Origin: Gemmatimonadales bacterium
GTDB lineage: Bacteria; Gemmatimonadota; Gemmatimonadetes; Gemmatimonadales; GWC2-71-9
Reading direction: 5' to 3'
Length of the DNA: 64,000 nt
Assembly: GCA_965249575.1 (NCBI GenBank)
Contig: OZ252244.1
Span: forward strand, 3,232,001 to 3,296,000
The position numbers were made by a program, and so were the translations under genes. Below the pieces are notes generated by a model. It was not told where the DNA came from. It made no database searches and worked only from the letters and a program-made list of their open reading frames with translations. Positions within the stretch are counted from its first letter, which is position 1. Each line of letters begins with the position of its first letter. Positions 19,474-30,273 of the stretch are shown piece after piece.

Positions 19474-20445
19474 CTAGGTGGGCTCCCCTTTGGGTGGAGT
19501 GTCCCTCAGGTTGATGATTTCCTGTGCCGGACGTGCCGGTGCGGGCGGCCAGGTCTTCACGCCGACGAGCGCGTGCGCCTGCGCCTCGGGCGGCGGTAAC
19601 GGCTCCCCGAACAACTGGTGTATGAACCAACCCACCGGAGCGCTCAACACGTTGCTTAGGTATTAGAGAATGTGGATGGGAATCGCGGCCATCGCGAACC
19701 CGAGGCTCCGGTGCCGTCGCAGAAAGCGATAAAAGTCCAGGTTTATCAGGAGGACTGCCACCACTGCGGCGGCGGCAATGGCAAACGGCCAAAACGTTCG
19801 CCCGATTACTCCCCCCAACATCGCTGCCGCGGCCGCACCCGCGAGAAAAGTGCACCATTTCTGCTGTGTTCTCAGGTTAAGAGTACTCGCCCCGCCGCTC
19901 AACGCCCCCTCTCGCAGGATGAGCCACGTCCACGGCACACCGCGCCCGGTGAAATCGGTGACGAGGATGTTGCGGAGCGTCCATCGCTTGAGATGGGTAC
20001 CCTGGATGTCCGGCGAGAGCAGAATTCGGTGTCCCCGCTGCCGTAGTCGCCGTCCCAGCTCGATGTCTTCGATCTGAGAGCGGGCATAGTGCCACTCGTT
20101 GAACATACCGATCTCGGAAAAACTGAGCTCCGAAATGGCGCCGAGGCCCGCCTAGAACGTCTCCGCCTCACCCGAATGTCGCTGATGGACATAGTGGTGC
20201 ATGAGGTTCCGATATTGTGAGGCGAGACCTGCCGCCGGGGGGGTGGTATCGTACGAGCCGAACACGGCCGCGGTATGCGGATTCGCCTCGAAGGTGTCCA
20301 CGAAGCGCCGGAGCGTATCGGGGTGCACACATACGTCGGAATCGACGAAGATGAGCAGCTTCCCACGACTCATCTCGAAGCCCCGATTGCGAGCGTATGC
20401 CGGCCCGCGGGGTCGGCCGCTCAGCTCGACGACGACGTCGGCATA
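19474..20445 (-). pseudogene. GT2 glycosyltransferase, 5'-truncated with two in-frame stops
   Basis: One frame reads GPAYARNRG..FVDSDV..HHYVHQ..ETF*AGLGAI..IEDIELG..IHIL*YLSNV. TAG at 20152-20154 (expected Trp) and TAA at 19663-19665 (expected Tyr); the N-terminal nucleotide-binding strands are absent. Confidence 0.82.
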
Positions 20446-20511
20446 TTGTGTAAGATTCGGAGGCGCTAGTTTGGCGCCGGGGCCCGTGCAAGATGAGTCG
20501 CTCAGCTACCT

Positions 20512-22912
20512 ATGTCAAGTAATCTACCGACCGATACCCCGTTCACCCCACCGGAGCCAGCTGGCCAGGAGCCTCAGTGGGGTCCTGGCCGGGCGTCATC
20601 GCGCGATGTCGCTCCGGATGGCGGCGAGGGTGGTCTGAACCTGCGCCGTTACTGGGCTGCAGTATTGCGATACAAATGGCTCGTCGCGCTCGTGACCGTG
20701 CTCGGGGGCCGGGGTTTCGCGTTTTTTGAAGCCGCAGTACATCACCCAGGGCACGATCTGGCTCGAAGCGCAAACTGGGAGGGGCGGACCGATCCGCCAA
20801 GAGGCGCTCCTCGCCACATGGGGATTCGTCGACCTCGTCAAGTCCTTTGTGGTGCTCGATCACGCCGTGCGTGGCCTGAAGCTCTACCTGAGCTACGGGA
20901 CGCCGGAAGACTCGTTGGTGTTTGGGTCGTTCGAGCTGTCGGAGCGGTTTAAGACGGGTGACTACGAGCTTCAGATCGATGATCCCGGCAAGTTCGCGAC
21001 GCTCTCTACGAGTGAGGGTATCGTGGTCGAGCGAGTTCCGATCGGCGACTCGATTGGACGTCCGCTGGGTTTTGCGTGGCAGCCAAGTCCGGAGTTGCTC
21101 ACGCCCGGCCGGGCTATTCCGTTCTCGGTGACTCCGCCCCGGGATGCCGCCCGGGATCTTGGCCAACGTCTGCAAACGCGGACCGATCTGTGGAAGGGAA
21201 GCGCCGCCGGAAATTTCTTGCGGCTGGAGTTGAGCGGATCGTCGCCAAGTCAGACCGCAGCCACCGTCAATGCGGTGTTGGATCGCTACATCGACGTGAC
21301 GAGCCACCTGAAGCGTGAGAAGCTCACCGAGTTGGCCGAGATTCTAGCGGAACAGCTCAAAAGGGCTGAGACGAATCTGCGAAACGCGGAGATGGCGCTC
21401 GAGAGCTTCCGTGTCAGCACGATTACGCTGCCGTCCGAACAGGCCCCGGCGGTGGCGCCTGGGCTGAGCATCACGCGCGGCCCGGTGTTCGACAGCTATT
21501 TCACGCTGCGGCTGGAAGCCGAGGGGCTGCGGGACGATGCGGTCGCGATCGAGCGGGTGCTGCAGGACGTCCCGGCGTCCGCGCTGGCCACTGATGAGCT
21601 GGCTGCCATTCCGTCCATACAAAACTCCACCATCCTCGCCGGAGCGCTGGACGAGCTGACCGACAAGAAGGCGAGCCTGCGGGCGCTCCAGTATCGCTAC
21701 ACGGATGACTATCCGCCGTTGCGAGAGTTGCAGGGTGAGATCGACAGGTTACAGGGGTCCACCATACCGCAGTTGGCGCAGGTGCGCCTTGCCGAAGTAC
21801 GCGCCCGTATGCAGGAGCTATCGAGGCGAATCGAGTCCGCTTCTGAGCAACTGACCGAGATTCCGCCCCGGTCAATTCTGGAAGCACGGCTTGGTCGGGA
21901 CGTGTCGATCGCCAGTACTCTCTACACGGTGCTCCAGCAGCGATATGAAGAGGCGCGGCTGGCGGAAGCGAGCAGCATTCCCGACGTGCGCATCCTCGAC
22001 CGCGCGGTCACCCCGCTACGGCCGGTGAGCAATCGAGCCACACAGGTCATACTGATTGGATTCGCCGCCAGCTTGGTACTCGGGGTGGGAGCCGCAATTC
22101 TGCTCGATCTGCTCGATCGGCGGCTGCGGTACCCCGAGCAGGTGACCTCGGAAATGGGTCTCCCCATCCTGGGCGCGGTACCGCACGTGCAAACACTGCG
22201 AAACGGCCGGAACGGCGGCGAGGCCAGCTCGGTGATCGAAGCGATCCGCAGCATCAAGCTCAGCGCGGTCCACGCGTACGGCACGGCGGGCCCGATGCTG
22301 CTGACGGTAACTAGCCCGGGGAGTGGTGACGGTAAGTCTTTCATCGCCTCAAACCTGGCGCTGGCATTCGCAGACGCCGGCAACCGTACGCTGCTCATCG
22401 ATGGAGACGCGCGTCGCGGCTCGCTGCATCGCGTGCTGAACCTCGACCGGAAACCTGGGCTCACCGACTTCCTCTCCGGCAATGTCTCGAGGGAGGACGT
22501 CGTGCTCAGCACGCCTTATCGCTCACTGCATTTCATCGGGTGCGGGACCCGCATCGCCGGCGCCCCCGAGTTGCTCGGCTCGCGCACCATGTCCGCTTTC
22601 GTCACGGGGCTGCGTTCCGACGACGCGGTCATCATCGTCGATAGCCCGCCGCTTGGTGTCGGCGTTGACGCGTACGTCCTCGGGACGATGATCGGGAGCA
22701 TGCTGCTGGTGCTCCGAACTGGCGTCACCGATCGTGGGCTGGCCGAGGCCAAGCTGGACGTGCTGGATCGCCTGCCGGTTCGGATACTCGGGGCGGTGCT
22801 GAATGGTGTTCGGGACGGCGCTGGACGCTACTACCAGTACTACTCCTACAACATACCGGGATACGAGCTTGCGGATGAGGGCGGGCGAAAGGTCCTCGGA
22901 TCCGCGGGGTGA
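20512..22912 (+). pseudogene. wzc: Wzc-type polysaccharide co-polymerase / BY-kinase, frameshifted near 20705-20727
   Basis: First frame gives the Wzz-like LNLRRYWAAVLRYKWLV; the +1 frame continues LKPQY with coiled coil, TM2, Walker A GSGDGKS, A' LLIDGD, B IIVDSPP and Tyr cluster YYQYYSY. Confidence 0.85.
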
Positions 22913-22939
22913 CGTGCGGGCCTGGGGAGTCTCCTCAGG

Positions 22940-23881
22940 TCATGAAAGTGTGGATTGAGAATCGAATGGGTGGATCCAGTTGCCCCCGTCCCCACCGTTC
23001 GTCTTGGATTTTCTCAACGCGATCGTCGCTCGCATGAGCATGTCTCGAGCGGCGGCCGGTGCCTCCCGCGCGTTCGGAACTGCGTCATAGCCTGCGCGCA
23101 GGGTGAGAGGTGGTACTGGAACGTCATCGCCCTCGGTCGCCACCCGGATCGCCTCCGCAAGCCGCTCGGCCAATCTGATGGCGCCCGCAGAATCCGTATT
23201 TGGCGCGAGTATCGCAAATTCGGTCCGACCCAGTCTCCCAATCGCATCGGAGCGGCGTCCTGCGGCCTTCACGGCCTGCGCGATTCGCTCCACTGCGGAG
23301 GCCACCACGTCATCGCCCACGGTCTCCCCAAGGACCGGCGCCACGACGACGCATGCGAGTGCGCCGTGCGCCCGGAAGGCTTGGGAGCCGAGCTCGTTGG
23401 CCCTGCGCTCGAGACCATGGAGGTTGTACAGCCCGGTACTGCCGTCGATGAGCGACTCGTTTCTCAGCCGATCGGCTTCGAACTTCGCCTGAACATAAGC
23501 GGCGAGCTTGAGCAGGAGTTCCTGGGGATCGACGGGATGGGGCACGATGTCCCACGCGCCGGCCCGCAGCATCTCCAGCCGTTCTTGTCGCGAAGGGCGC
23601 TCAGGGCTGGTCATGAGAATCGGTGTGCAGTGACTGAACTGGGGATCCGCTTGAAGCGCTCGGCATACACCCAACCCTTCTCCGTCCGGCAGGTTAGTGT
23701 CGACGATTACCACGTCCGGTCGGTGCATCCGCACACGCTCTAATCCGTTTCGCCCCGTGTAGGCGCGCATCACCGCATACCCGTTTGGAGCTAAGACGCT
23801 CTCCAGCGAGCGGGTGGACCACTCCTGATCGTCGGTGATGAGCACGACGGGTGGGCGCGCATGGGTGACTTCGTCCGGCAT
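22940..23881 (-). CDS. Response regulator with atypical REC plus degenerate GGDEF domain
   Basis: REC: ITDD..DVVIVDTNLPDGEG. GGDEF-like: DGSTGLYN..RRSDAIGRLGRTEFAIL..AERL. Confidence 0.85.
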   Translation of the reverse strand: MPDEVTHARPPVVLITDDQEWSTRSLESVLAPNGYAVMRAYTGRNGLERVRMHRPDVVIVDTNLPDGEGLGVCRALQADPQFSHCTPILMTSPERPSRQERLEMLRAGAWDIVPHPVDPQELLLKLAAYVQAKFEADRLRNESLIDGSTGLYNLHGLERRANELGSQAFRAHGALACVVVAPVLGETVGDDVVASAVERIAQAVKAAGRRSDAIGRLGRTEFAILAPNTDSAGAIRLAERLAEAIRVATEGDDVPVPPLTLRAGYDAVPNAREAPAAARDMLMRATIALRKSKTNGGDGGNWIHPFDSQSTLS

Positions 23882-24527
23882 GGTGGGGGTCCCCCGGTCC
23901 TTTGAGGATGCGTCCTCTCGTTGCACTAAACCCGGGCGGACCCGCTGCACCATCCGTGCCCCCGGAGGGTTACCCGTACGTCCATGATGGACAGCAGCTT
24001 ACGTGGCTTCGGGGGGCGCCGCCGATTGGTAAACCGATGGAGAGAGGCTACACGTTCGTCTGTCTGCCGCGACTTCGCAACGTGATGTAGTGCAGGGAGA
24101 TGCTCTCACGCCCGACGCCGGAGCCGTGTTAAGTATTTATATGGCAACATCTTACGTATGCCTCTCCTCGGTGTGGTTTTTGTTCGGCCCCGAACTTGAA
24201 TGCCGTTGTGAAACGCCCTGACCAACTGAAAGCGCACCAACGGTGCGGAGGGTCAACAGTGCTGTGTAAGAGTTGTGAGTCCACCACATCAGCCGGTGAT
24301 GCACGTGCGGCCCAGGTCGCCGATCGGTCCAGCCGACCGAGCGGCGGGGAAACCGACCGCGTGCGTGACCTCCTGTGTGCGAGGTGCGGCGCTGTGGTCC
24401 CGCCGTGGGACCCGGGGGATGCTATGCTGGACAAGCTCTCGCAGCTGGCTCGATTCGGGCTTGGGGAAGGCGTAGGGCCCATACTCGATTCCACCCGCCG
24501 CGGGCGATGAACTGATGTGGGTTTACG

Positions 24528-25205
24528 TTGTCTCGATTGGCCACCGCCACGGCGGTCGTAATGTTGTGTCTGGCCTGGCTGGACCGAATGAAGTGGTGGC
24601 AGCTGGGGTTCGGAGTAGTCGGCGTCGCGGCGGTCTCCTTGGGCGCCCTGATCAACATTCCGCTGCTACGCGATCGGATGTTTCACCGTCCTCCCGAGAA
24701 CGTCGCCGAGGCCGCACAGAACCTCAACGTGTCCGGTCGAGACGTTCTCTGGGGAACGACAGCGGTCCACGCCATCCAGAAGCCTGTGATCGGGTGGGGA
24801 CCCGGCACATCCAGACCGCTGCTGGCGCCGCTGTTCGCCGCCAAGGGCGACCGGCGGAGCGTGGAATATTCGCCGCACAATGAGTACCTCCAGGTGTTCC
24901 ACGATCTGGGTGCGGTCGGCGTTACGCTCCTGGTTTGGGCCTGGGTGCCGTTTCTCATTGCATCGTGGGTGCAATGGAAACGCGCGGTCGAACGCTCGGA
25001 TCTTGGGCTCGCCAAGTGGTACATGGCCACGACCTTGGGTACCGTCGTCGTCCTTGCCAACTCGGTGGTGGACAACACGCTTCACTATGCGCAGGTGATC
25101 GCCCCGCTTTTCATAATTGCGGCGGCGGCCGAGGTCATGCAGTCCCAGCGCGCGGCAGCAGTGAACGCCGGCGGTGGAGCCGTCGGAGTACCCGGCGCCC
25201 GATGA
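24528..25205 (+). pseudogene. O-antigen ligase/Wzy_C family membrane protein, 5'-truncated
   Basis: Begins at the SR motif; SGRDVLW, IGWGPG, PHNEYLQVFHDLGAVG. About half the expected length. Confidence 0.7.
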
Positions 25206-26029
25206 CCGGCTCGCCTGCCCAGCGAGTCGCTCGGCTCTGGTGGACGGCGGAGCGTTTCGGGCTGACACCGCGGAAGTGCTGGGCGCGGGTGTCCAACCGA
25301 TCGGAGCCCAGGGTGCTGTGCATCTGCATTCCGAAATCGGGCACCCACCTATTGGAGCGCGCCCTGTGTCTGCACCCCCGCCTCTACCGCAGACTCATAC
25401 GAACGATCAACGATGCGAGCGCCCCGACCGTCGGCGCTCTGGCCCGAACGCTTCATGACGCCCGCCCCGGCCAGGTGCTGGTCTCGCACCTGGCCTATTC
25501 GCCGGAGCGGCTGCGGGTCATGCGATCGAGCGGCGTGCGCCACCTGTTATTGGTGCGAGACCCGAGAGACGTTGTGGTGTCGACCATGTTCTACATCATG
25601 CGCCAGAAGGAGCACCAGTTTCACGACCTGTTTCTGCGCCAACCGAGCGAGAGGGCGCGGCTACGGCTTGCGATCATGGGCTGCGCCGAATTGGGTTTCA
25701 CATCCGTCGCCGAGCACTTCGCGGCGTACCGTGGGTGGTTGGATTCCGGGGGTCTGGTCGTCCGCTTCGAGGATCTCGTGGGCGTTCGTGGGGGCGGCGA
25801 TGGCGAAACGCAGCTCACGTCTCTGGGAGCGATTTTCCAGCATCTCGGGACCCCGGTTGAGGAGGCCGGGCTACAGCGCGTTGCGAACCGGCTCTTCTCG
25901 AGCAACAGTCCCACCTTCCGCAAGGGGACGAGTGGTGACTGGCGCACGCACTTCGACTCTGAGCTCCAGCGGATCTTCATCCGGAAAACGCAGCACATAC
26001 TCGAGGGCTTCGGCTATCAGCCGGAGTAA
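25202..26029 (+). CDS. PAPS-dependent sulfotransferase domain protein
   Basis: 5'-PSB CIPKSGTHLL, 3'-PB RDPRDVVVS, VRFEDL, FRKGTSGDWRTHF. ATG 25202 overlaps the upstream stop. Confidence 0.88.
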   Translation: MTGSPAQRVARLWWTAERFGLTPRKCWARVSNRSEPRVLCICIPKSGTHLLERALCLHPRLYRRLIRTINDASAPTVGALARTLHDARPGQVLVSHLAYSPERLRVMRSSGVRHLLLVRDPRDVVVSTMFYIMRQKEHQFHDLFLRQPSERARLRLAIMGCAELGFTSVAEHFAAYRGWLDSGGLVVRFEDLVGVRGGGDGETQLTSLGAIFQHLGTPVEEAGLQRVANRLFSSNSPTFRKGTSGDWRTHFDSELQRIFIRKTQHILEGFGYQPE

Positions 26030-26099
26030 GGGTCCGGATGCAGAACGCCGACCTGGGCCGCGCCGCACCAGCCCAGCGAACACATAAGCGCCCGCAGCG

Positions 26100-26300
26100 T
26101 GACAACTGCTGTGTCATGACTGCACCAGATGGCTGGCGGAGAAGACGTGGTGTCTCAAGACGAGCGGCTCTTGCTGGAAGAACGGGGGGTGACGTCGCAG
26201 TGTACGAGCGCCACAACCGCGAGGTAGCCGAGGTCTGGGCGTGGGGGAAGCTCTGCGTGGTGCCGCGCACGATCTGGGCGTTGGACACTTCCGCCGCTCT
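26100..26300 (+). pseudogene. N-terminal fragment of a GT4 glycosyltransferase (HN..GGED type)
   Basis: Across frameshifts: H..QMAGGEDVVSQDERLLLEERG/DVAVYERHNREV..RTIW, similar to the N-terminus of the 26437-27643 GT. Confidence 0.55.
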
Positions 26301-26436
26301 TTGCGCCGGTCAAACAGACAATCCCTTCTTCCACCTTGGCCAAGCTTAGAGGGCTCGATCCGCGCCAAGCGATGCCTCAGCGAGCAGGGCCGCGCCAAGA
26401 TCATCTTCAGGGCCTAAGGGTTCGCCTCCGTGAGCG

Positions 26437-27643
26437 TCACACGCTGACCCCCGCCCTGCGGTAGATCTCGATAAGCCTCCTGTACGCGTGCTTTCCGTCG
26501 TACTTCTCTTCGAACTGGCGTCGGGCTTCTGCTCCAAGTGTGGTGACGAGCTCCACATCCCCCCACAACTCCTGCACCCGTCGTGCCAAATCCGTGGGAT
26601 CTCCCGGCTCGAACAACGCGCCACTGGACCCATCCGAAACGATCTCCCGCATACCGCCGAGCCGGGACGCCACTACGGGCACGCCTCGCGCGAAGGCCTC
26701 CCCGATCGTCATCGGAAACCCTTCGTAGCATTCCGAGGGAAAGACCAGGAAACGACAGCCCTCGATCAGACGCAACACTTCTCCCGCCGCTCGTGCACCA
26801 CAAAACTCGACCTGCTCGAGACGGTTCTCCTTCGCAAACCGCTGCAGGAGTTCCATGAGGGGCCCATCACCCACGATCTTCAGCCGGATCCTGCTGAGGG
26901 CCGTCCACGCCCGCAGGAGTGTCTGGACACCCTTTTTCCGCCGCCAAGCGACCCACGAACAACACGTAGCGGCCCGGGCGGTCACGAGGAGCAGGATCCG
27001 GGTGTATGCAGTTGGGCTTCACCACAACCTTCTCTTCTGGAAGACCGGCCTGCACGAACTTTTGACGTGCAAACTCCGTTAGCGCCACATACACTGAGAC
27101 GAATCGCGACCACGTGCCTAGCATTCGGTGAGTAGTCAAGGCGCCAGCAATGAGAGCGCTCTCAACTCGCGAGCCACGATAGCACCCGTGCGCCACTGCA
27201 GGCCACGGTACGGAGGACGCAAGACAATCCTCGCATACTCGGCCGTCACGAAAGAAGATCCCGCCTGGGCAGTACAGCCGGAAATTGTGCAGCGTCTGTA
27301 CTATGGGGACCCCGCGCGTGTGAAGAGCATGATAGACCGCTGGCGAGAGCTTTGGGAATACGTTGTGCACATGTGCCACGTCCGGCCGCCACCGATCGAT
27401 CAGCTCAACCAATTGGCGATGCCACCTACGGGACCACGTTACACCAGTTCCGAGTCGTACCTTCGCCGCCCAGGTGAGACCGTCGTCCACCCGCTCCGTG
27501 ACTCTTATCAACCGATGCCCTTGCTCCTCAAGGAGGCCTGTTTCAGTCCTGAACACTGCATCTTCCCCACCCCATTGCCGGTAGAAGTTGTGCACGGCAA
27601 GTATTGTGAGGGGAGCCGTTTGCTCCGCTGCATTAGCCCCCAC
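26437..27643 (-). pseudogene. GT4 glycosyltransferase with one frameshift
   Basis: HNFYRQWGGED..TLHNFRL..LFVGRLAAEK then GVQTLL..YEGFPMTIGEAFARG. One extra base in the T5 run at 26933-26937 splits the frame. Confidence 0.85.
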
Positions 27644-27734
27644 TGAGCGCCCTATCCCTCGCCCCGATGGCCAGTGCCAACCAGGAGTTCCTGAACGTAC
27701 TCGCGGGGATTAGCTTGACCGGCAAGCACTTCCA

Positions 27735-28523
27735 TCAGCAGTCACGAGCCGTGTATTCCAGGTAGATCCCGCGAGCGTTCGTAAGCAGCTCGCGAATCGA
27801 GGGTGCTGACAGCTCAAGCCGAAGGTGCTCCTTCATTTCATTACGCGCCGTGGAGGGGCGTGCAACATGAGTCGCCGTCACCAAATGTCTACCCGTATCT
27901 CTCATATCCATCCGGTCCACCATCGCGAAGCACTCCCGGAGCCGCGCTTCGGTATGCTCAAACGTACCGAACCTCGTATTGAATCGCCGATTGAGCTTGA
28001 TGATCACCGCACCGAAATCCTTTGTCACTTCTTCGAAAGTGGCCAACACAAACCGATCACGATACCTGCGGATAGCTCGGTAGTACCGAATATAGTTGGT
28101 GAGAGCATCCCGAATGCGAAGATAGGGTAGTCGGATGACCAATGAAACCGCCGAGTCCTCCGGCGAGCGAATGAGTACGAGGGTGGGGAGCCCCATCTGG
28201 GTGGCGCGGATGATCTGAGCCGGAACATGCAGGTGTCGGGCGATCGCTATCGGACGCCCAGCGGTAATCGTGAGCGCGGCCACGGCGAAGGTGTTCGCTG
28301 ACCGAGGAAAACCCTCCACCACGATATCCGTGCTTGGCCGAACCATCAGCGATCTTTGAGCCTGATTTAGGCCCAGAAGCATGAAGAACGGTACTGGTCG
28401 CTCGCCCAAACGGTTTCGAACATGGTACTTGACCCTGCGGCAGAGGTCGCCGAGCCTTGCTCGTCTGGCGCGCCTTATGAGGGTCTCACACGAAGGTCTG
28501 CGTATCCCCACATGCACAACCAT
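27735..28523 (-). CDS. Sulfotransferase-like protein
   Basis: VEGFPRSANTF (PSB-like), LIRSPEDSAVS (3'-PB-like), ATFEE. Visibly lower GC than the core genes. Confidence 0.6.
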   Translation of the reverse strand: MVVHVGIRRPSCETLIRRARRARLGDLCRRVKYHVRNRLGERPVPFFMLLGLNQAQRSLMVRPSTDIVVEGFPRSANTFAVAALTITAGRPIAIARHLHVPAQIIRATQMGLPTLVLIRSPEDSAVSLVIRLPYLRIRDALTNYIRYYRAIRRYRDRFVLATFEEVTKDFGAVIIKLNRRFNTRFGTFEHTEARLRECFAMVDRMDMRDTGRHLVTATHVARPSTARNEMKEHLRLELSAPSIRELLTNARGIYLEYTARDC

Positions 28524-28529
28524 AATTCC

Positions 28530-28870
28530 TTCACCTCTGGGAGAGTTAGGCGCCTACCAGAAAAGCCGCGGCCTCTTGGCGCGTAGGCCACGATGCAGTG
28601 CATCACTTTGAGTGCCAACCAGCCGACCAGGATTGCTTGCGGTACCTCCCAAATCGTTCCCCTGCGCACCCAGCAGAAAAGGCAGGACGATCCGTGAGCT
28701 AATCACGAACGCCAATCCTCGATGCTCGGCTGACTCCGCTCGGCGTAGCAGTGTCCCCAATATCCAAAACATAGTGCCTCCCGCAAGCAGCATCCCGAGT
28801 GCCCCGAACTCCGCAAAGACACTTAGCCACGAAAAGGAAGACTCATGAGTAGACCCAACACGGTAGTTGG
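28530..28870 (-). pseudogene. C-terminal remnant of a polysaccharide polymerase-like membrane protein
   Basis: FSWLSVFAEFGALGMLL..FLLGAQ, then a frameshift into WEVPQAILVGWLALK. Confidence 0.45.
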
Positions 28871-29006
28871 CGAGATCGAGGGCACACCACAATCCCATCA
28901 ACTGGATGTTCGTCGGACGGGGGACGATGGGGAACAGCAAGGGGATCGGTTTCGGGTTCTGCATCCCCCCGAAACAAAGACCCGTGCCAGTCAGGGCGTA
29001 AGCCAA

Positions 29007-29715
29007 ACGGCAACGCACCTCGAGGCGCGTGCGACCCCCGAAGAGCCGTACGGGCAGGGTCCGCGGGATACGGCTTCTGAACACACGGACGAGCCCAACG
29101 ATCGTTCGTCGGATACGTCAACCGCCCCCTTCGCTATCGGCGGTTGCTGGTGCGTGTGCCTGTGCTAATATTCGTGGCGACGGTTGTTCTGTGGCTCCTG
29201 TGTGGAGGGCGACACCGCAACCAATCCCGCCTCACGGCGGCCGCTGAGACCTTGGCCGGGAGCCGGCTGAGTAGCTCGCCGCCCAATTCGGGTTCTCCCT
29301 CGCGGCGGCCGAATCTGGGGAGAGCATAAGCTTCTCCAGAACTCGTGAAGTCTAGCGAGCTCCTGGAGGCCGGCGGCGACCCCTTCCAATCGGTTTGCCA
29401 CCGAGGTGGGAAGGGATACCCTAGCTGGGACCCTCATTGAGCCCTACGAGATCGAGGCGGACACGCCCAAAGAAGAGCTGCAGGCGGTGATCGACCAGCT
29501 GGCTGCCGATCTGAGCATCGGGTTGGATGTGGTCGCTGGGCTGGTGACGGTCAGGGTCGTTGCGCCTTGGGCGGAGCTAGCATAGCAGGTGAACCGCCGG
29601 TCGCTGGACCTCGTCAATCAGTGCAACCTCGAGCGACGGCAGTCGCAGGCGCAGGCCGAGCGGGAGTCCGTCGAGAGTCGGCTCAGCCTGGCCCAGTCCG
29701 AGCCGGAGGCCTCCG
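29007..29715 (+). pseudogene. Degenerate paralog of the Wzz-like gene at 30274-31416
   Basis: Colinear nucleotide similarity from ACGGCAACGCACCTCGA (vs ATGGCAACGCACCTCGA) through ATCGAGGCGGACACGCCC and GAGCGACGGCAGTCGCAGGC. Start lost, several indels, TAG at 29583-29585. Confidence 0.85.
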
Positions 29716-29810
29716 GGCGTGAGATGGGGCGGGCGGTGCGGGCAGCGTTCCTGGAACGATACATCGCGGAGCGGAACTCACAAATGCTCAGGGGCATCCA
29801 TGAGGCGGCC
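29716..29810 (+). pseudogene. C-terminal fragment of a GT4 glycosyltransferase
   Basis: REMGRAVRAAFLERYIAERNSQMLRGIHEAA resembles the terminal helix of GT4 enzymes. Confidence 0.5.
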
Positions 29811-29830
29811 GGGCGGGGCGAGGGTAGCCA

Positions 29831-30050
29831 GTGCTTTGGCTGAGATCGGTGAGAAAACGCTCGAGAGGCGTCCCAAAGCGCCTAGCCATCGCGATCCACC
29901 GGTTCGCGGCGCGGTTCCGCTTGCACGTTTTGCCAGTTCACTTCTACTCGTCGCTGCCCGATATCGTTGAGCTGGCGGGGAACCGGAAATTCTGGGCGCG
30001 CAAGTCGACGTTGCCAGGAATCGCGACGGACCTGGACACGCAGGTCGAGT
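29831..30050 (+). pseudogene. N-terminal fragment of a polysaccharide-associated class I SAM methyltransferase
   Basis: HVLPVHFYSSLPDIVEL..LPGIATDLDTQ; the sequence loses resemblance before any SAM-binding motif. Confidence 0.45.
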
Positions 30051-30273
30051 TGGGGCGGTGGGCTCTCGTCACCGGACCGCGCCCCACCCGCACAGCGAGG
30101 TCGCGAACCCAACGCATCGCCATGCGCTCGCGCCGGGCACCGACGTCACCGCACGGGGCACGGTTGGAACGCCGTCATGAATCAGAGGATTGATCCTTGC
30201 AGAATCCCTATGGGGCCGCCAGTTTTGAACCACGATTCCCGTCAGTGGGTACTGATAACCCCTATTAGGGCGC

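Noticed and set aside
20152..20154. In-frame TAG as pyrrolysine or programmed readthrough
   Set aside because: The same gene also has a TAA and lacks its 5' end; TAG is used as a normal stop elsewhere in the window.
23950..24330. AT-richer intergenic stretch as riboswitch or ncRNA
   Set aside because: No recognisable conserved motif or strong structure by eye; probably promoter DNA. An Rfam scan would decide.
28870..29084. N-terminal part of ORF 28554-29084
   Set aside because: Partly overlaps the antisense of the wzz pseudogene and shows no motif; only the C-terminal membrane part is credible.
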